From: Spirochaetota bacterium
GTDB lineage: Bacteria > Spirochaetota > UBA6919 > CBDBPB01
Reading direction: 5' to 3'
NCBI GenBank assembly: GCA_965208615.1
Contig: CBDBPB010000004.1
Location: 352,001-416,000, forward strand
Length of the DNA: 64,000 nucleotides
Below the pieces are notes generated by a model. The model was not told the origin of the DNA, did no database searches, and worked only from the letters and a program-made list of their open reading frames with translations. The translations under genes and the position numbers were made by a program. Each line of letters starts with the position of its first letter. Positions within the stretch are counted from its first letter, which is position 1. Below, in pieces: positions 21,741 through 32,943 of the stretch.

Positions 21741-21848
21741 AGATCAAGGGACTAACCTCTTTTTTTTTTATATATTCAAGCTGTATAGCCTATTAAAAGT
21801 TGTTCAAGCAGGTTTTAGTAAAAGAGTTATGAAATTGTATTTAACAAC

Positions 21849-22060
21849 TTTAGTTTGAGTTTTTTAAGACATTATGAGTATAATTAAATTTTTGATAATA
21901 ATCAATAATAGTTTCTTAATTTAGGTTAAGAAATGTTTAGTTAGCGAGGTGAGGGGTTTATGAGCAAGGCTTCCAGTAAATATAGCAAAAAGGTATTTTG
22001 TTATAATTTAGTTTTAGTTTTTTAAGGCATTATGAATATAGTTAAATTTTTGATAATAAT
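21849..22060. repeat. 54-bp imperfect direct repeat (21849-21902 and 22007-22060)
   Basis: tttagtttKagttttttaagRcattatgaRtataRttaaatttttgataataat occurs twice. Confidence 0.85.
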
Positions 22061-22061
22061 T

Positions 22062-22200
22062 GTTACTAATTATTTTAGTTTTTAGATAAAGAATTATTCT
22101 AAGACAATTGCTAAATAGATTTTATTTGTATTTTTTAAGTTTTAGAAATATAAGTTAGCTTAAAATATTTTTGATCTACACTATTAGGGCAATTAGTAAC
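22062..22200. mobile_element. MITE-like repeat family B (139 bp), TIR GTTACTAATT/AATTAGTAAC
   Basis: 10-bp perfect terminal IR; homologous to 28254-28383 and 29098-29230. Confidence 0.6.
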
Positions 22201-22315
22201 CACTAATATACAATAACAAATACTTATTTTTTTTTATTAAATAATAATGAATATTTATAAAGTTAGAGTGTTACTATAAAGTAATAAAATAGATAAAGGC
22301 TTGAAATTATGATAT

Positions 22316-22525
22316 GTGAATATTGCAATATGTATACCACGACATACTCTAAATAATGTGAAAGGTATACTACCAGAAATTAAAAAGAAGTTTATGTTAG
22401 AAAATGTAGATCTCGTTTGCAACCAATGCTTTGATAGATTAAAATCATCTGAACAATGGTATGTAAAATCTCAAGTTATTTATGGAACAAAGAATAAACT
22501 TTTAAATAATAAAAGTGTTCCCTAA
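22316..22525 (+). CDS. Small hypothetical protein (CxxC)
   Basis: 69-aa ORF followed by a hairpin. Confidence 0.35.
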   Translation: MNIAICIPRHTLNNVKGILPEIKKKFMLENVDLVCNQCFDRLKSSEQWYVKSQVIYGTKNKLLNNKSVP

Positions 22526-22534
22526 GATAACAAA

Positions 22535-22576
22535 CCTATTAATGTATTCAAAAACTTAATGCAATACATTAATAGG
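22535..22576. terminator. Bidirectional terminator-like hairpin
   Basis: 14-bp perfect IR CCTATTAATGTATT/AATACATTAATAGG between convergent ORFs. Confidence 0.65.
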
Positions 22577-22605
22577 GATAGCTAATTACCTATTAAATTA
22601 ATATA

Positions 22606-23745
22606 TTACTCTGCCGTCTTTTCTATATATTCCTTTTGTTTTTCCGAAATATATTTCTTAAATGTATTATCCAAAAATATATTATTTTTTCTAGTAGATT
22701 CTATCTTATTTTTAACCTGATTATCAGTAAATTTACTATAATACATAAATAGCAAATGGATAGCTGCAATCCTCTTCACCTTTTGATTTCTATTTTCAAG
22801 ACTATTAATCAATATAGCTAATCTGTCTTTTAATAAGAGATCCGAATTAATAGGAACTGAATAATCAGACTCATTACCTATTTTCTTAGTTAATGACCTA
22901 ATAACCCTTAGCTTTGTATGAGTAAAATCCTTTGGTTTTAAAGCTCCAGTATTTAGTTTTTCTAAAGACAGCTCCCTTACTATAAACAAGTCCAAGTCAT
23001 TAACCTTTCTATAAACATTAGCTAATACTATTCTACCATTAATAGCAATACCCAAATACTTTCTTTTATTAACAGTTTCTATACTCCATACTTTTTTGGT
23101 TTCTATAGCAACTTCGTTTATGGTCTTAATATATAAACCTTTATACTTTTTTTTCAACTTACTTATTATACTATTGCTTAAAATAAGACCTTTTTTAGTT
23201 TTCTTAGGTATTTTTATATCCTTTAGCGATCGAAGCAATCCCTTAATGGCAATAACACTAGTTAAGCCTTACCCTCGGATCTTTTATTATAAAGACCTCC
23301 TATAAAAGACTTTATAACCTTTCTTTTAAGGAAAGGGCTTATAGCAAACTCATCAGTAAGTAAAGTTTTATTTTTTCTAGCACTTTCATTAAACATCAAA
23401 ACTATGTTTTTTAAAAGAGTATAATCTATCTCTTTCAAGAAAGTACTATCACCTTTTTTAACTTGACTAAACGCCATAAATGACCTCAGGACCAAAAGTC
23501 ATCTTATCTAAAATAACTATACTTTTTTCTATATCCGGATCATTAATTAGCTTAATAGTTATAGTCTTTTTAGGCTTTATTGATTTTTTATCTTTGATAA
23601 TGTCAGTTTTTTCTGTATTCTTAACTTTACTAAGTTCCTTTTTATTATTATTTAGGGTCCTTAGCATTTAGTTGCGGCAAGCTGAATATGCTGGTTAAAG
23701 ACAATAATAAAACTATCACTAAGTAACAAATTTATATAATTCATA
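22606..23745 (-). CDS. Hypothetical protein fragmented into three or more ORFs (22606-23238, 23262-23495, 23467-23667)
   Basis: Abutting same-strand ORFs of similar composition; probable start ~23743 with AAGGAG RBS. Confidence 0.5.
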
Positions 23746-23893
23746 CTTTCTCCTTCATTTTTACTATGTAATAACTATTTAAAATCTTTAACTAAAGATA
23801 ATACAACACACTAATAAATCATAACAAAAATATGATTTAAGTTATAAAAAATTTACAATATTTGGATAATAAAATAATGGCTTAGAAAAGTTA

Positions 23894-24247
23894 TTATTTT
23901 ATTTTACCTAAGTAATTATATAATATTTCAGAATCCTTTAATACCTTATAATCAAATTTGACCCCTACTTTATACTTACCTTTGCTTATATTTTCTACAC
24001 GAACAACTTCACCTTTAAGATATAAGGGCAATTTTTCATTAGGAATATTTAACCTAATTTCGAGTAAACTTCCCTCTGGTATTTGTTCACCAGTAAGTAT
24101 AATAGAGATTCCACCTTCACTTAAGTCAATTGACTCAGTAACTCCCTCACCCTCTTTTACAGAAGAACCAAATCCTAAAGAATAAAGAATCTGATAGTTT
24201 ATCTCTAAAGATTCTTCAAGTCTACTATATTTTCTTTTTTCGGTCAT
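23894..24247 (-). CDS. PilZ-domain (c-di-GMP-binding) protein
   Basis: EKRKYSR (RxxxR) and DLSEGG (D/NxSxxG). Confidence 0.9.
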   Translation of the reverse strand: MTEKRKYSRLEESLEINYQILYSLGFGSSVKEGEGVTESIDLSEGGISIILTGEQIPEGSLLEIRLNIPNEKLPLYLKGEVVRVENISKGKYKVGVKFDYKVLKDSEILYNYLGKIK

Positions 24248-24249
24248 AG

Positions 24250-24438
24250 TTATACTTCTACATCAATAATATTACCAAGGCTATTTTTTTCATATTTATG
24301 ATTTTCTTTTTTAACCTTAAGTTTTTTCTTTTTGTTAAGATTAAATGCTCTCTTACGAGGGCCTAAATATTTACCAATTATATTTCCCTCTTGATAAAGC
24401 TGTTCAGGAGGTTCGATTATATTATTATTATTTTCCAT
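24250..24438 (-). CDS. Small hypothetical protein
   Basis: 62 aa, AGGAGG RBS, C-terminal GNIIDVEV. Confidence 0.55.
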   Translation of the reverse strand: MENNNNIIEPPEQLYQEGNIIGKYLGPRKRAFNLNKKKKLKVKKENHKYEKNSLGNIIDVEV

Positions 24439-24571
24439 AAACCTTTCCTCCTAAATAAAGATTCTCTTATATAAAAATAATATAAAATTCCAAAATGTCA
24501 TAAAAACTTTTTTTGATTACACTAAATTTTACATAAAATTAACCGATAATACATTTTCGTTATTAGCTTAG

Positions 24572-25244
24572 TTATACTTTATTTTTATTTAGGACGCTAT
24601 TACTAACATTTTTTAATAATTCTATTGTACTATTTTTTATATAGGCAAGCAAACCATTTACTTTGTTAACCAAATAATTATGGCCAATTAAGGCGGGAAT
24701 ACCAACAATTAGTCCTGCGGCTGTGGTACTAAGGGCTGTCCAGATACCTTTTAATAGACTTGCTCCTTGGGCTTCAGCTGTCCCTAAGGTTATCTCCATA
24801 GCTCTAAGGGAGTCTATCATACCAAGAACAGTTCCTAAAAGGCCTAAAAGAGGTGCTACACTAGCTATAGTACCCAGTGTAGATATTTTTGTTTCTAGTT
24901 TTAGGGAGTTCCATATCAACAATATTCTCAATGGACTCCTTAGTCTCAGTATTGCTTTTATTAGGGTGCAACAAGATCTCTTTGCTAATAGACGCACAAA
25001 CAACATTATTTATTTGTTCGCAAAAGTTAACAGCCTTATATACATTTTCTTTTTTTAATAACAGAAAGACATTATCTATAGCAAACCTGTTATCTTTTTC
25101 TACTCTTCTTAAATAAAAAAAACGTTCTAGGAAAGATAGCAATTGTAATAATCGAGGATATTCCAATAAGAAAGTATAAAATTGGCCCTGTATATTGAAG
25201 TATTTTAACCCAAAACATTTAACTACACACCAAATATATCTCAA
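24572..25244 (-). CDS. MotA/TolQ/ExbB proton channel protein, frameshift-split
   Basis: LERFFYL in one frame; TIASVAPLLGLLGTVLGMI and ALSTTAAGLIVGIPA in the other. Confidence 0.85.
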
Positions 25245-25292
25245 ATTTAAATCTTAGTTTTATTATTTGTTGATAAACTGTTAGACTATATA

Positions 25293-27768
25293 TTATATGG
25301 ATACAGCATTTTCTTGTTCTACATTATTAGGATCATCGGGCTTATCTATTTTTCTAAATTCTAGAGTATTATTATTTAATACAACCTCAAGGTTATCCCC
25401 TATTTTAAAATGTCCTTTTAAAAGCTCATTAGCAAGAGGATCTTCAATCATTTTTTGTATGGTCCCTTCGTAGAGGACGAGCTCCATATTTCTTGTCATA
25501 ACCATTCTCTACAAGATAGTCTTTTACCTCATTTGATACAGTTAAAGTCATATTTTTTTCATTGAGGAGTTCATGTACTTCTTTAAGCATAATATCCGAA
25601 ATCTTTTTAATATGCTCTTTGGTAAGAGAATGAAAAACTATTATATCATCAACCCTATTTAAAAACTCAGGATTAAATACCTTTTTTAGTGCATTTAATG
25701 CCTTATCTTTAATAGCGGCAAAATTTCTTTCATTATCATTATAAGAAGAAAACCCAAGATACGTATCCTTAAATATCTCTCTAGCGCCAACATTACTGGT
25801 CATAATAACTACAGTATTCCTAAAATCTACAGTATGTCCAAGATTATCCGACAACTGCCCCTCTTCTAAAATTTGAAGGAGAATATTAAACACATCAGGA
25901 TGAGCCTTTTCTATTTCATCAAGCAAAACTACACTATATGGACGCCTACGCACCTTTTCAGTAAGTTCTCCGCCTTCATCATATCCAATATAGCCAGGAG
26001 GAGCCCCCACTAACCTAGATACGCTATGACGCTCCATAAATTCACTCATATCAATGCGAATTAAGGCATCCTCATTACCAAATAAAAATTCTGTTAATGT
26101 TTTAGAAAGCTCAGTTTTACCAACTCCAGTAGGACCAAGAAAAATAAACGATCCTGTAGGCCTTTTATAAGACTTAAGACCAATACGACTACGTCTTATA
26201 GACCTGGATATAGAGTCAATAGCCTCATTTTGCCCAATCACTCTATCATGTAGTTCTTCTTCCATTTTGAGTAGCTTTTCTGATTCATTCTCATTAATCC
26301 TATTAACGGGTATCCCTGTAGAAAAGGATATTATATCACTTATTTCTTCAGATGTAATTTTTGACACATCAAGATTAACCTCTTTTTTCCATGACTCAGT
26401 CATCTCTTTAAGCTTTCGCTTTAACTCATGAACCTTATCTCTTTTTTCAGCGGCCTTTTCATAGTCTTGAGCTTTAACGCATTCATCTTTTTCGGCTATG
26501 AGCCTATTAATATCTTTTTCTATATCAGTAAATTCCTTAGGTCTAGTAGTATTTTTCAATCTTGCTTTTGCACCAGCCTCATCAATAAGGTCAACGGCCT
26601 TATCCGGTAAATATCTATCACTTACATACCTATGGGATAGATTAGCGGCGGCTATTAAGCTGTCCTCAGAATATATAACTCTGTGATGGGATTCATAAGC
26701 ACCTTTTAAACCTTTTAATATTTCAATAGTTTCTTTAACATTAGGCTCTTTAACAATAACTGGCTGGAATCTTCTTTCAAGAGCGGCATCCCTCTCTATA
26801 TACTTTTTAAACTCATTTAAGGTAGTAGCACCAATACACTGCAATTCTCCCCTTGCAAGAGCAGGTTTCAACATATTAGCCGCATCTATAGCACCTTCAG
26901 CTCCACCAGCACCGATTAGGGTATGAAGTTCATCTATGAAAAGGATAATATCATTAGCTTTTTTAATTTCCTTCATTATATTTTTTAGTCTTTCTTCAAA
27001 CTCACCTCTATATTTAGTTCCTGCGACTATAGATGCAAGATCTAGAGTAAGGAGTCTTTTTCTCAAAAGTAGTTCTGGTATATTACCTGAGGTAATATGT
27101 TGTGCAAGACCTTCCACAATAGCAGTTTTCCCGACACCTGGTTCACCTATTAAAACAGGATTATTTTTTTTACGACGGCTAAGTATTTGTATAACTCTTT
27201 CTATTTCAATTTCTCTTCCAACAACAGGATCCAGCTCTTTTTTTTGAGCAAGTAAAGTAAGGTCTCTTCCAAACTCATCTAGAGTAGGAGTCTTAACTTG
27301 AGCCTTACCCTTAGACTTAATTATTTCTGTATGGCCAAGTAGTCTTAATATTTCATTTCTAACTTTATCCAGACTAATATCCTTACTCTCTAGAATTAAT
27401 GCCGCAGTACCACTTTCCTCTTTGAGTATGCCAAGCAATAGGTGTTCAGTACCTATATATGTATGACCTAAATTTCGTGCCTCTAGTGAGCTAAGTTTCA
27501 ATATTTTTTCTATTCTGGGAGATGGGGGAGCCTCACCAAGTAAAAGTGTACCACCAACTTTTTTAACGGCCATTTCCACATCACTTCTAAGCTGATTAAG
27601 GTCAATGCCCAAGTTAACAAGGGCTTTAACAGCTATTCCATCGCCATCTCTTATTAGCCCTAGTAATATATGTTCTGGAGTTAACTGATCATGGTTTAGG
27701 CGTTTTGCTTCTTCCTGAGCTAGTATATGTATGATTTTATTTGCCCTTGGTGTTAGATCTTCAAACAT
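25293..27768 (-). CDS. clpC: ATP-dependent Clp protease ATP-binding subunit ClpC (C-terminus continues in 25293-25505 after a frameshift near 25465)
   Basis: Clp-N repeats, [11 protein letters not shown] coiled coil, [15 protein letters not shown]. Confidence 0.95.
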
Positions 27769-28253
27769 AATCGACCCCTCTATCTTTTAGTAATTTTCAT
27801 TAATTATATTCTTTAATTAATAAAGCATTAGTTATAACTGTTATTTTCTTAAACACTTATAACTTAGTATATTAATTTAAACTAACATATTATTTTATTA
27901 GTTTAGATTTTCAATTTGTTAAAGTTAAAAATATCAACTTATTAAGTTGATAAAAAACTTTATATAAGTTGTAAATATAACTAATTATTTTTAAGGTTAG
28001 CAAAAATAACCTATTAATTTAAAATTAGTTTTATTTAATTCACAACAAAAAATATAATAAGTAATCTTTTATCGTATACAGAAGAAGTTATTTTTTAATA
28101 AAATTGGAAAAAAACTATTTTAAGTTAGGCATTAGAGTGTCAACTCATTGTTACAGGGGCATTACAGCAGATATAAAAAAAAGCATTTTATGATAATTTA
28201 CTAATTTAGGCGTGGATGTATTATTTAACAATTCACTTATTCTGTTGTGAGGT

Positions 28254-28383
28254 GTTAGTAATTATTTTAGCTTTTAGATAAGTTATTCTAAGACGACTGC
28301 TAGCCAGGTTTTATCTATATTTTTTAAGTTTTAGAAATATAAGTTAGCTTAGTTTAATCTGCACTATTAGAACAACTAGTAAC
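28254..28383. mobile_element. MITE-like repeat family B copy
   Basis: Homologous to 22062-22200; ends GTTAGTAATT...ACTAGTAAC. Confidence 0.6.
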
Positions 28384-28528
28384 AGATATTTTTGTCATTT
28401 TGGACACTATAAATACTATTTTATGGGAGTTAGATTATTAAAGATTGTTAGGTATTATCTATTTTTTTTGAGGATTATAAGTCGTTTTTGTATTCAGCAC
28501 TACCACTGCACGTCCATTTTTACCGATA

Positions 28529-28849
28529 CTACTTCAGTATATCCTTTACTACTAGCATCAGTATTCCAATTAGTATACCTGTTACCATGGCAACCATTAT
28601 TTTTATCATACCTTTTAGTTCTGATATATCTTGCCTGACACTCGATATATCATGTTTAAGCTCTTCTTTAATGACTGATATTTTATTGTCGAGCTTGTTC
28701 TCTATTGCTTTTAACTCTACTCTTAGTCTTGATTCAACTCCAGTTATCTCATTTCTAAGCTTCTCCACTTTAATATCAGTAATCTCAACTTCATGGATCT
28801 GGCTAGTAACTTCTCTTTTGATCTCTTGCTTTAACTCTTCACTTATCAT
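28529..28849 (-). CDS. Bdr/DUF1640 (CCDC90)-like coiled-coil protein with C-terminal TM anchor, copy 1
   Basis: Short head, coiled-coil stalk, hydrophobic C-terminus MIKIMVAMVTGILIGILMLVV. Confidence 0.7.
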   Translation of the reverse strand: MISEELKQEIKREVTSQIHEVEITDIKVEKLRNEITGVESRLRVELKAIENKLDNKISVIKEELKHDISSVRQDISELKGMIKIMVAMVTGILIGILMLVVKDILK

Positions 28850-28851
28850 CT

Positions 28852-29019
28852 TTACCTCTTCTGAAGATGATTGTATATGTACTCTTCAACTGGTAATTTT
28901 ACTAAAAGCTTTTGTGATATGTTTATGCCTTCTTTTTTTAGTTTGTTTATGAAATAAATGAGGAGTTCTCGGGTCGAGGGTTCGATTGCAATATTTGCTC
29001 TATTTTCTGTTTTTTCCAT
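28852..29019 (-). CDS. Putative ribbon-helix-helix DNA-binding protein (55 aa)
   Basis: Manual translation MEKTENRANIAIEPSTRELLIYFINKLKKEGINISQKLLVKLPVEEYIYNHLQKR fits the beta-helix-G-x-S-helix RHH pattern; stop lies 2 nt before the next ATG. Confidence 0.55.
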   Translation of the reverse strand: MEKTENRANIAIEPSTRELLIYFINKLKKEGINISQKLLVKLPVEEYIYNHLQKR

Positions 29020-29097
29020 TTTTTAAACTTGAGAAACTTTATTTCTTTCATTTATTTTTAAATATACTCTTTTTCTTTATGTTTGTCAATATTTTGT

Positions 29098-29230
29098 GTT
29101 ACTAATTATTCTATCTTTTAGGTAAGGAATTACTTTAAGACAATTGCTAAATAGATTTTATCTATATTTTTTAAGTTTTAGAAATATAAGTTAGCTTAGT
29201 TTAATCTGCACTATTAGAACAACTAGTAAC
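29098..29230. mobile_element. MITE-like repeat family B copy
   Basis: GTTACTAATT...ACTAGTAAC, homologous to 22062-22200. Confidence 0.6.
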
Positions 29231-29375
29231 AGATATTTTTGTCATTTTGGACACTATAAATACTATTTTATGGGAGTTAGATTATTAAAGATTGTTAGGT
29301 ATTATCTATTTTTTTTGAGGATTATAAGTCGTTTTTGTATTCAGCACTACCACTGCACGTCCATTTTTACCGATA

Positions 29376-29663
29376 CTACTTCAGTATATCCTTTACTACT
29401 AGCATCAGTATTCCAATTAGTATACCAGTTACCATGGCAACCATTATTTTTATCATACCTTTTAATTCTGATATATCTTGCCTGACACTTGATATATCCT
29501 GCTTTAACTCAAGCTTTACGTCCTTTATCTCATTCCTTAGTTCAAGCTTTACGTCCTTTATCTCATTTCTAAGCTTCTCCACTTTAATATCAGTAATCTC
29601 AACTTCATGGATCTGGTTAGTAACTTCTCTTTTGATCTCTTGCTTTAACTCTTCACTTATCAT
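29376..29663 (-). CDS. Bdr/DUF1640-like coiled-coil TM protein, copy 2
   Basis: Near-identical head and anchor to copy 1; stalk has the 11-aa repeat LRNEIKDVKLE twice. Confidence 0.7.
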   Translation of the reverse strand: MISEELKQEIKREVTNQIHEVEITDIKVEKLRNEIKDVKLELRNEIKDVKLELKQDISSVRQDISELKGMIKIMVAMVTGILIGILMLVVKDILK

Positions 29664-29665
29664 CT

Positions 29666-29758
29666 TTACCTCTTCTGAAGATGATTGTGTATGTACTCTT
29701 CAACTGGTAATTTTACTAAAAGCTTTTGTGATATGTTTATGCCTTCTTTTTTTAGTTT
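29666..29758 (-). pseudogene. 5'-truncated copy of the RHH-like ORF
   Basis: KLKKEGINISQKLLVKLPVEEYTHNHLQKR is retained; homology ends at 29758 and an in-frame TAA lies just upstream. Confidence 0.55.
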
Positions 29759-30001
29759 AGAGTGTTAAGCTCTAATAGGCCAACGCATATAAAGCTATAT
29801 CATTTAAAAATAAATCTACTATAAGGCAATCAATCTCAGGGAAAAGTACAACTAAAAAAAGTACTTAAACCTATTTCAAAGGGGATAGCTATATTTTAAT
29901 AAGAGGTTTTAATATTCCCAGTTGGCATACCTATACATAATATGTGATAATTTAGTATAACGGACACTTCATCAAGTTTAGGTTGTTGAAAATAGACATG
30001 C

Positions 30002-30540
30002 ATATAAACTTGTACGCTCAGACCTTGATTCAGGCGAGTAAGTATATTTATTTTTTGTTAAGGCTAATGTTAGTATAGCTTTTCTTTTTTATGATAATTT
30101 AGGTTATTTAGAGTGATATTATTTAGTGATTTAGTTATCATCTTATGACAAAGTTATGACGAGGGATACAAGGCAAAAGGAAGACATATAACGTAAAGGC
30201 AGATGTATTTTAGATTTCTTTGTGGAACAGGAAAGTTAAGATATTCATGGAAAAGTTATTTTCCTGTGTCAAGCAGGTTATCCCTTTATGCTCTTTAAGT
30301 GCTGTTTAAATACTTTAGTAATTAACACAAAATATCACTTTTTATGCAAGTAGTCATCATTACGAGAGCTATTAAGAATCCCTTACTGGAACTAAGAATT
30401 ATAGACCTTTATTAAGTGTTAACGGATTTGCAGTCCCATAAAGGCGTAGAGCGGATTATTTAAATATTACATGTTGACGTTATATGTAAAACTTCAAAAA
30501 AGTATGCTTAACCCTCTATAAATAAATAACAACTATAAAA
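30002..30540. repeat. Intergenic repeat family A, copy 2 (core 30184-30487)
   Basis: Core is ungapped relative to copies 1 and 3; flanks are more diverged and carry an insertion. Confidence 0.95.
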
Positions 30541-30543
30541 AGT

Positions 30544-30926
30544 AAACTGCCAGATCCTCTTTACAATAATACACCTAAAATAAATAGTAATACCTAAATC
30601 TTAATCGAATTACACCAGTATATAGCAAAATTAACTGCCAACCTGCCAGATCCTCTTTACAATAATACACCTAAAATAAATAGTAATACCTAAACCTTAA
30701 TCGAATTACACCAGTATATAGCAAAATTAACTGCCAACCTGCCAGATCCTCTTTACAATAATACACCTAAAATAAATAGTAATACCTAAACCTTAATCGA
30801 ATTACACCAGTATATAGCAAAATTAACTGCCAAACTGCCAGATCCTCTTTACAATAATACACCTAAAATAAATAGTAATACCTAAACCTTAATCGAATTA
30901 CACCTATATATACTAAAACTAACTAC
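30544..30926. repeat. Non-coding tandem repeat, 4 x 96 bp
   Basis: CTGCCAGATCC starts at 30547, 30643, 30739 and 30835; stop codons in all six frames. Confidence 0.95.
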
Positions 30927-31321
30927 TGAAAATTATACTCCAATTATTAATGCCAAATAAACTATATCTATAACCTTAACTATAATTATATGTTAACTAC
31001 TTAATCTAATAAATAGCCTATAACATATTACTATGAACCTTTTAAAAGCCCATCCATTGACTTTAAACAATTTTTTTGTTATCCTTGTAAACAAAAGTAA
31101 ATTATAACCTAAATCATATTTTAAAAAAACTGTTATCTAAATATATGCATACTTAAAAATGGAAATGGGCTTCTTTAATATAAATCTTCTAATTAAAAAG
31201 TATACTATGAAATAAGGTTATAAACCAATATTAAAAATTATAACTAAATAACTAATAATAAATGTTCAAAGATTTAACCCTTAAACAATATATTAAAAAA
31301 AATGTATAATGTGAGACGCCT

Positions 31322-32850
31322 ATGAGTAAAGACTTGCCAAGCTCTATAGATATACAAAAAGATATAAGTAATTACTTATCCGATAAATACGGCGGACAGG
31401 TAGTAGTTAGTAATCCAGATGTAGAAGGTGGACAAGAAGGGGTTAGTTCAAAAAATACCAAAAAAAATGCAAACTTTAGCCTGAAACCCCTTGAACTAGA
31501 AAAATACCTTAAAGAATATGTAATACAACAAAATGAGGCAATCGATGTTCTGGCTACTAAAATATGTACCCACTTTAATCGTATGGTCTATGAAAAAACT
31601 CTATCTAGTAAAGAAAAAATTATAGGTAATGTAAAAAGTAATATCCTAATGGTAGGTCCAACAGGTGTTGGTAAAACTTATATCACTAAACTAATTGCCA
31701 TGAACTTAGGTGTGCCATTTGTAAAAGGTGATGCCACTAAGTTTACTGAAACTGGATACGTCGGCGGAGATGTCGAAGACCTGATTAGAGAACTAGTCCG
31801 TGAGGCAGATGGAGACATTACTTTAGCCGAATATGGTATTATATATCTCGACGAAATAGATAAAATTGCCTCCTCTAATAATCACTACGGACCTGATGTA
31901 TCCCGTACAGGAGTACAGAGAAACCTCCTGAAAGTAATGGAGGATACTGATGTTGAATTAAAAAGTCCTATGGATATGGCATCACAAATGGAAGCCGTTA
32001 TGCAGGCTCAAAAAACTGGAAAGGTAGAACGAAAGAAAATTAATACTAAAAATATATTATTCGTAATGAGCGGTGCTTTTCAGGATATATCAGATATAAT
32101 AAAAAAACGCCTTAATAGACAACCTCTAGGATTTAGCCCGACTAATAACAATAAAGAAAATACTCATAATGAAAACCTACTAAAATATGTAAATAGTAAT
32201 GATCTCATAGAATACGGTTTTGAGTCCGAATTTGTAGGAAGACTCCCTGTCATAACTATACTAGACGATCTTAACGTAGAAAGCTTATACAAAATACTAA
32301 ATAATCCCAAAAGCTCTGTTATACTAGTGAAAAAAAAAGAGACTTTGCCGCATATGGCATAAAAATAAACTTTGAATCTGATGCCCTTAAAAAAATCGCT
32401 GGGCTTGCATTTAAAGAAAAAACTGGTGCAAGGGGTTTTAGTCAGTATTTGTGAAAAAGTACTAATTAAATTTGAAAAGTATTTACCATCAACATCTATC
32501 AAAAATCTCGTTGTCAGTAAAAGGCTTAGTAGACTCTCCTAATGATGTATTAGCAGAAATACTAATAGAAGATGCCATTAATAAAATTAAAGAAGAATTT
32601 ACTACTAAACATGGTATAACTCTTAACTTTACTGAAAACGCTATTAACCTAATTTTAGATAAATCCAAAAAACAAAATATAAACTCTTTTGATTTTTGCT
32701 ACTCAATGCTAACAGACTACGAATACGGACTTAAGTTAATAGGAGAAAGTAGCTTTACTGTTACAGAAGATGTTGTTAACAATCATAGGAAGTTCCTTGG
32801 ATAACTTAATTAAAAAAAGCCTATGAAAAAAGTCAGGCTAATAAAAGTTA
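31322..32850 (+). CDS. ClpX-like AAA+ ATPase lacking the zinc finger, frameshift-split
   Basis: [43 protein letters not shown]; frameshift at the A-run ~32330; TGARGL in the shifted frame. Confidence 0.85.
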
Positions 32851-32943
32851 AAACTACCATTAGCTAACTTAGTCTATTTAAAACCTTTATTGTATAACAG
32901 TTTATAGAGTCTACTCATAGCTAAATAAAAAAACCTAACAACT

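Larger units (their letters stand above)
28309..29758. repeat. Tandem duplication of a ~620-bp block (28309-28945 / 29156-29758)
   Basis: Near-identical sequence except in the middle of the coiled-coil gene. Confidence 0.95.

Noticed and set aside
28968-28990. GGTCGAGGGTTCGATT resembling a tRNA T-arm or integration-site remnant
   Set aside because: The T-stem does not close, there is no acceptor stem, and the sequence is explained as the antisense of the RHH-like ORF (IEPSTRE).
28423-29760. Plus-strand ORFs 28423-28638, 28488-28952, 29270-29485 and 29335-29760
   Set aside because: Antisense shadows of the minus-strand coiled-coil and RHH genes.
30544-30926. CRISPR array
   Set aside because: The units are fully repeated with no unique spacers, and there are no cas genes in the window.
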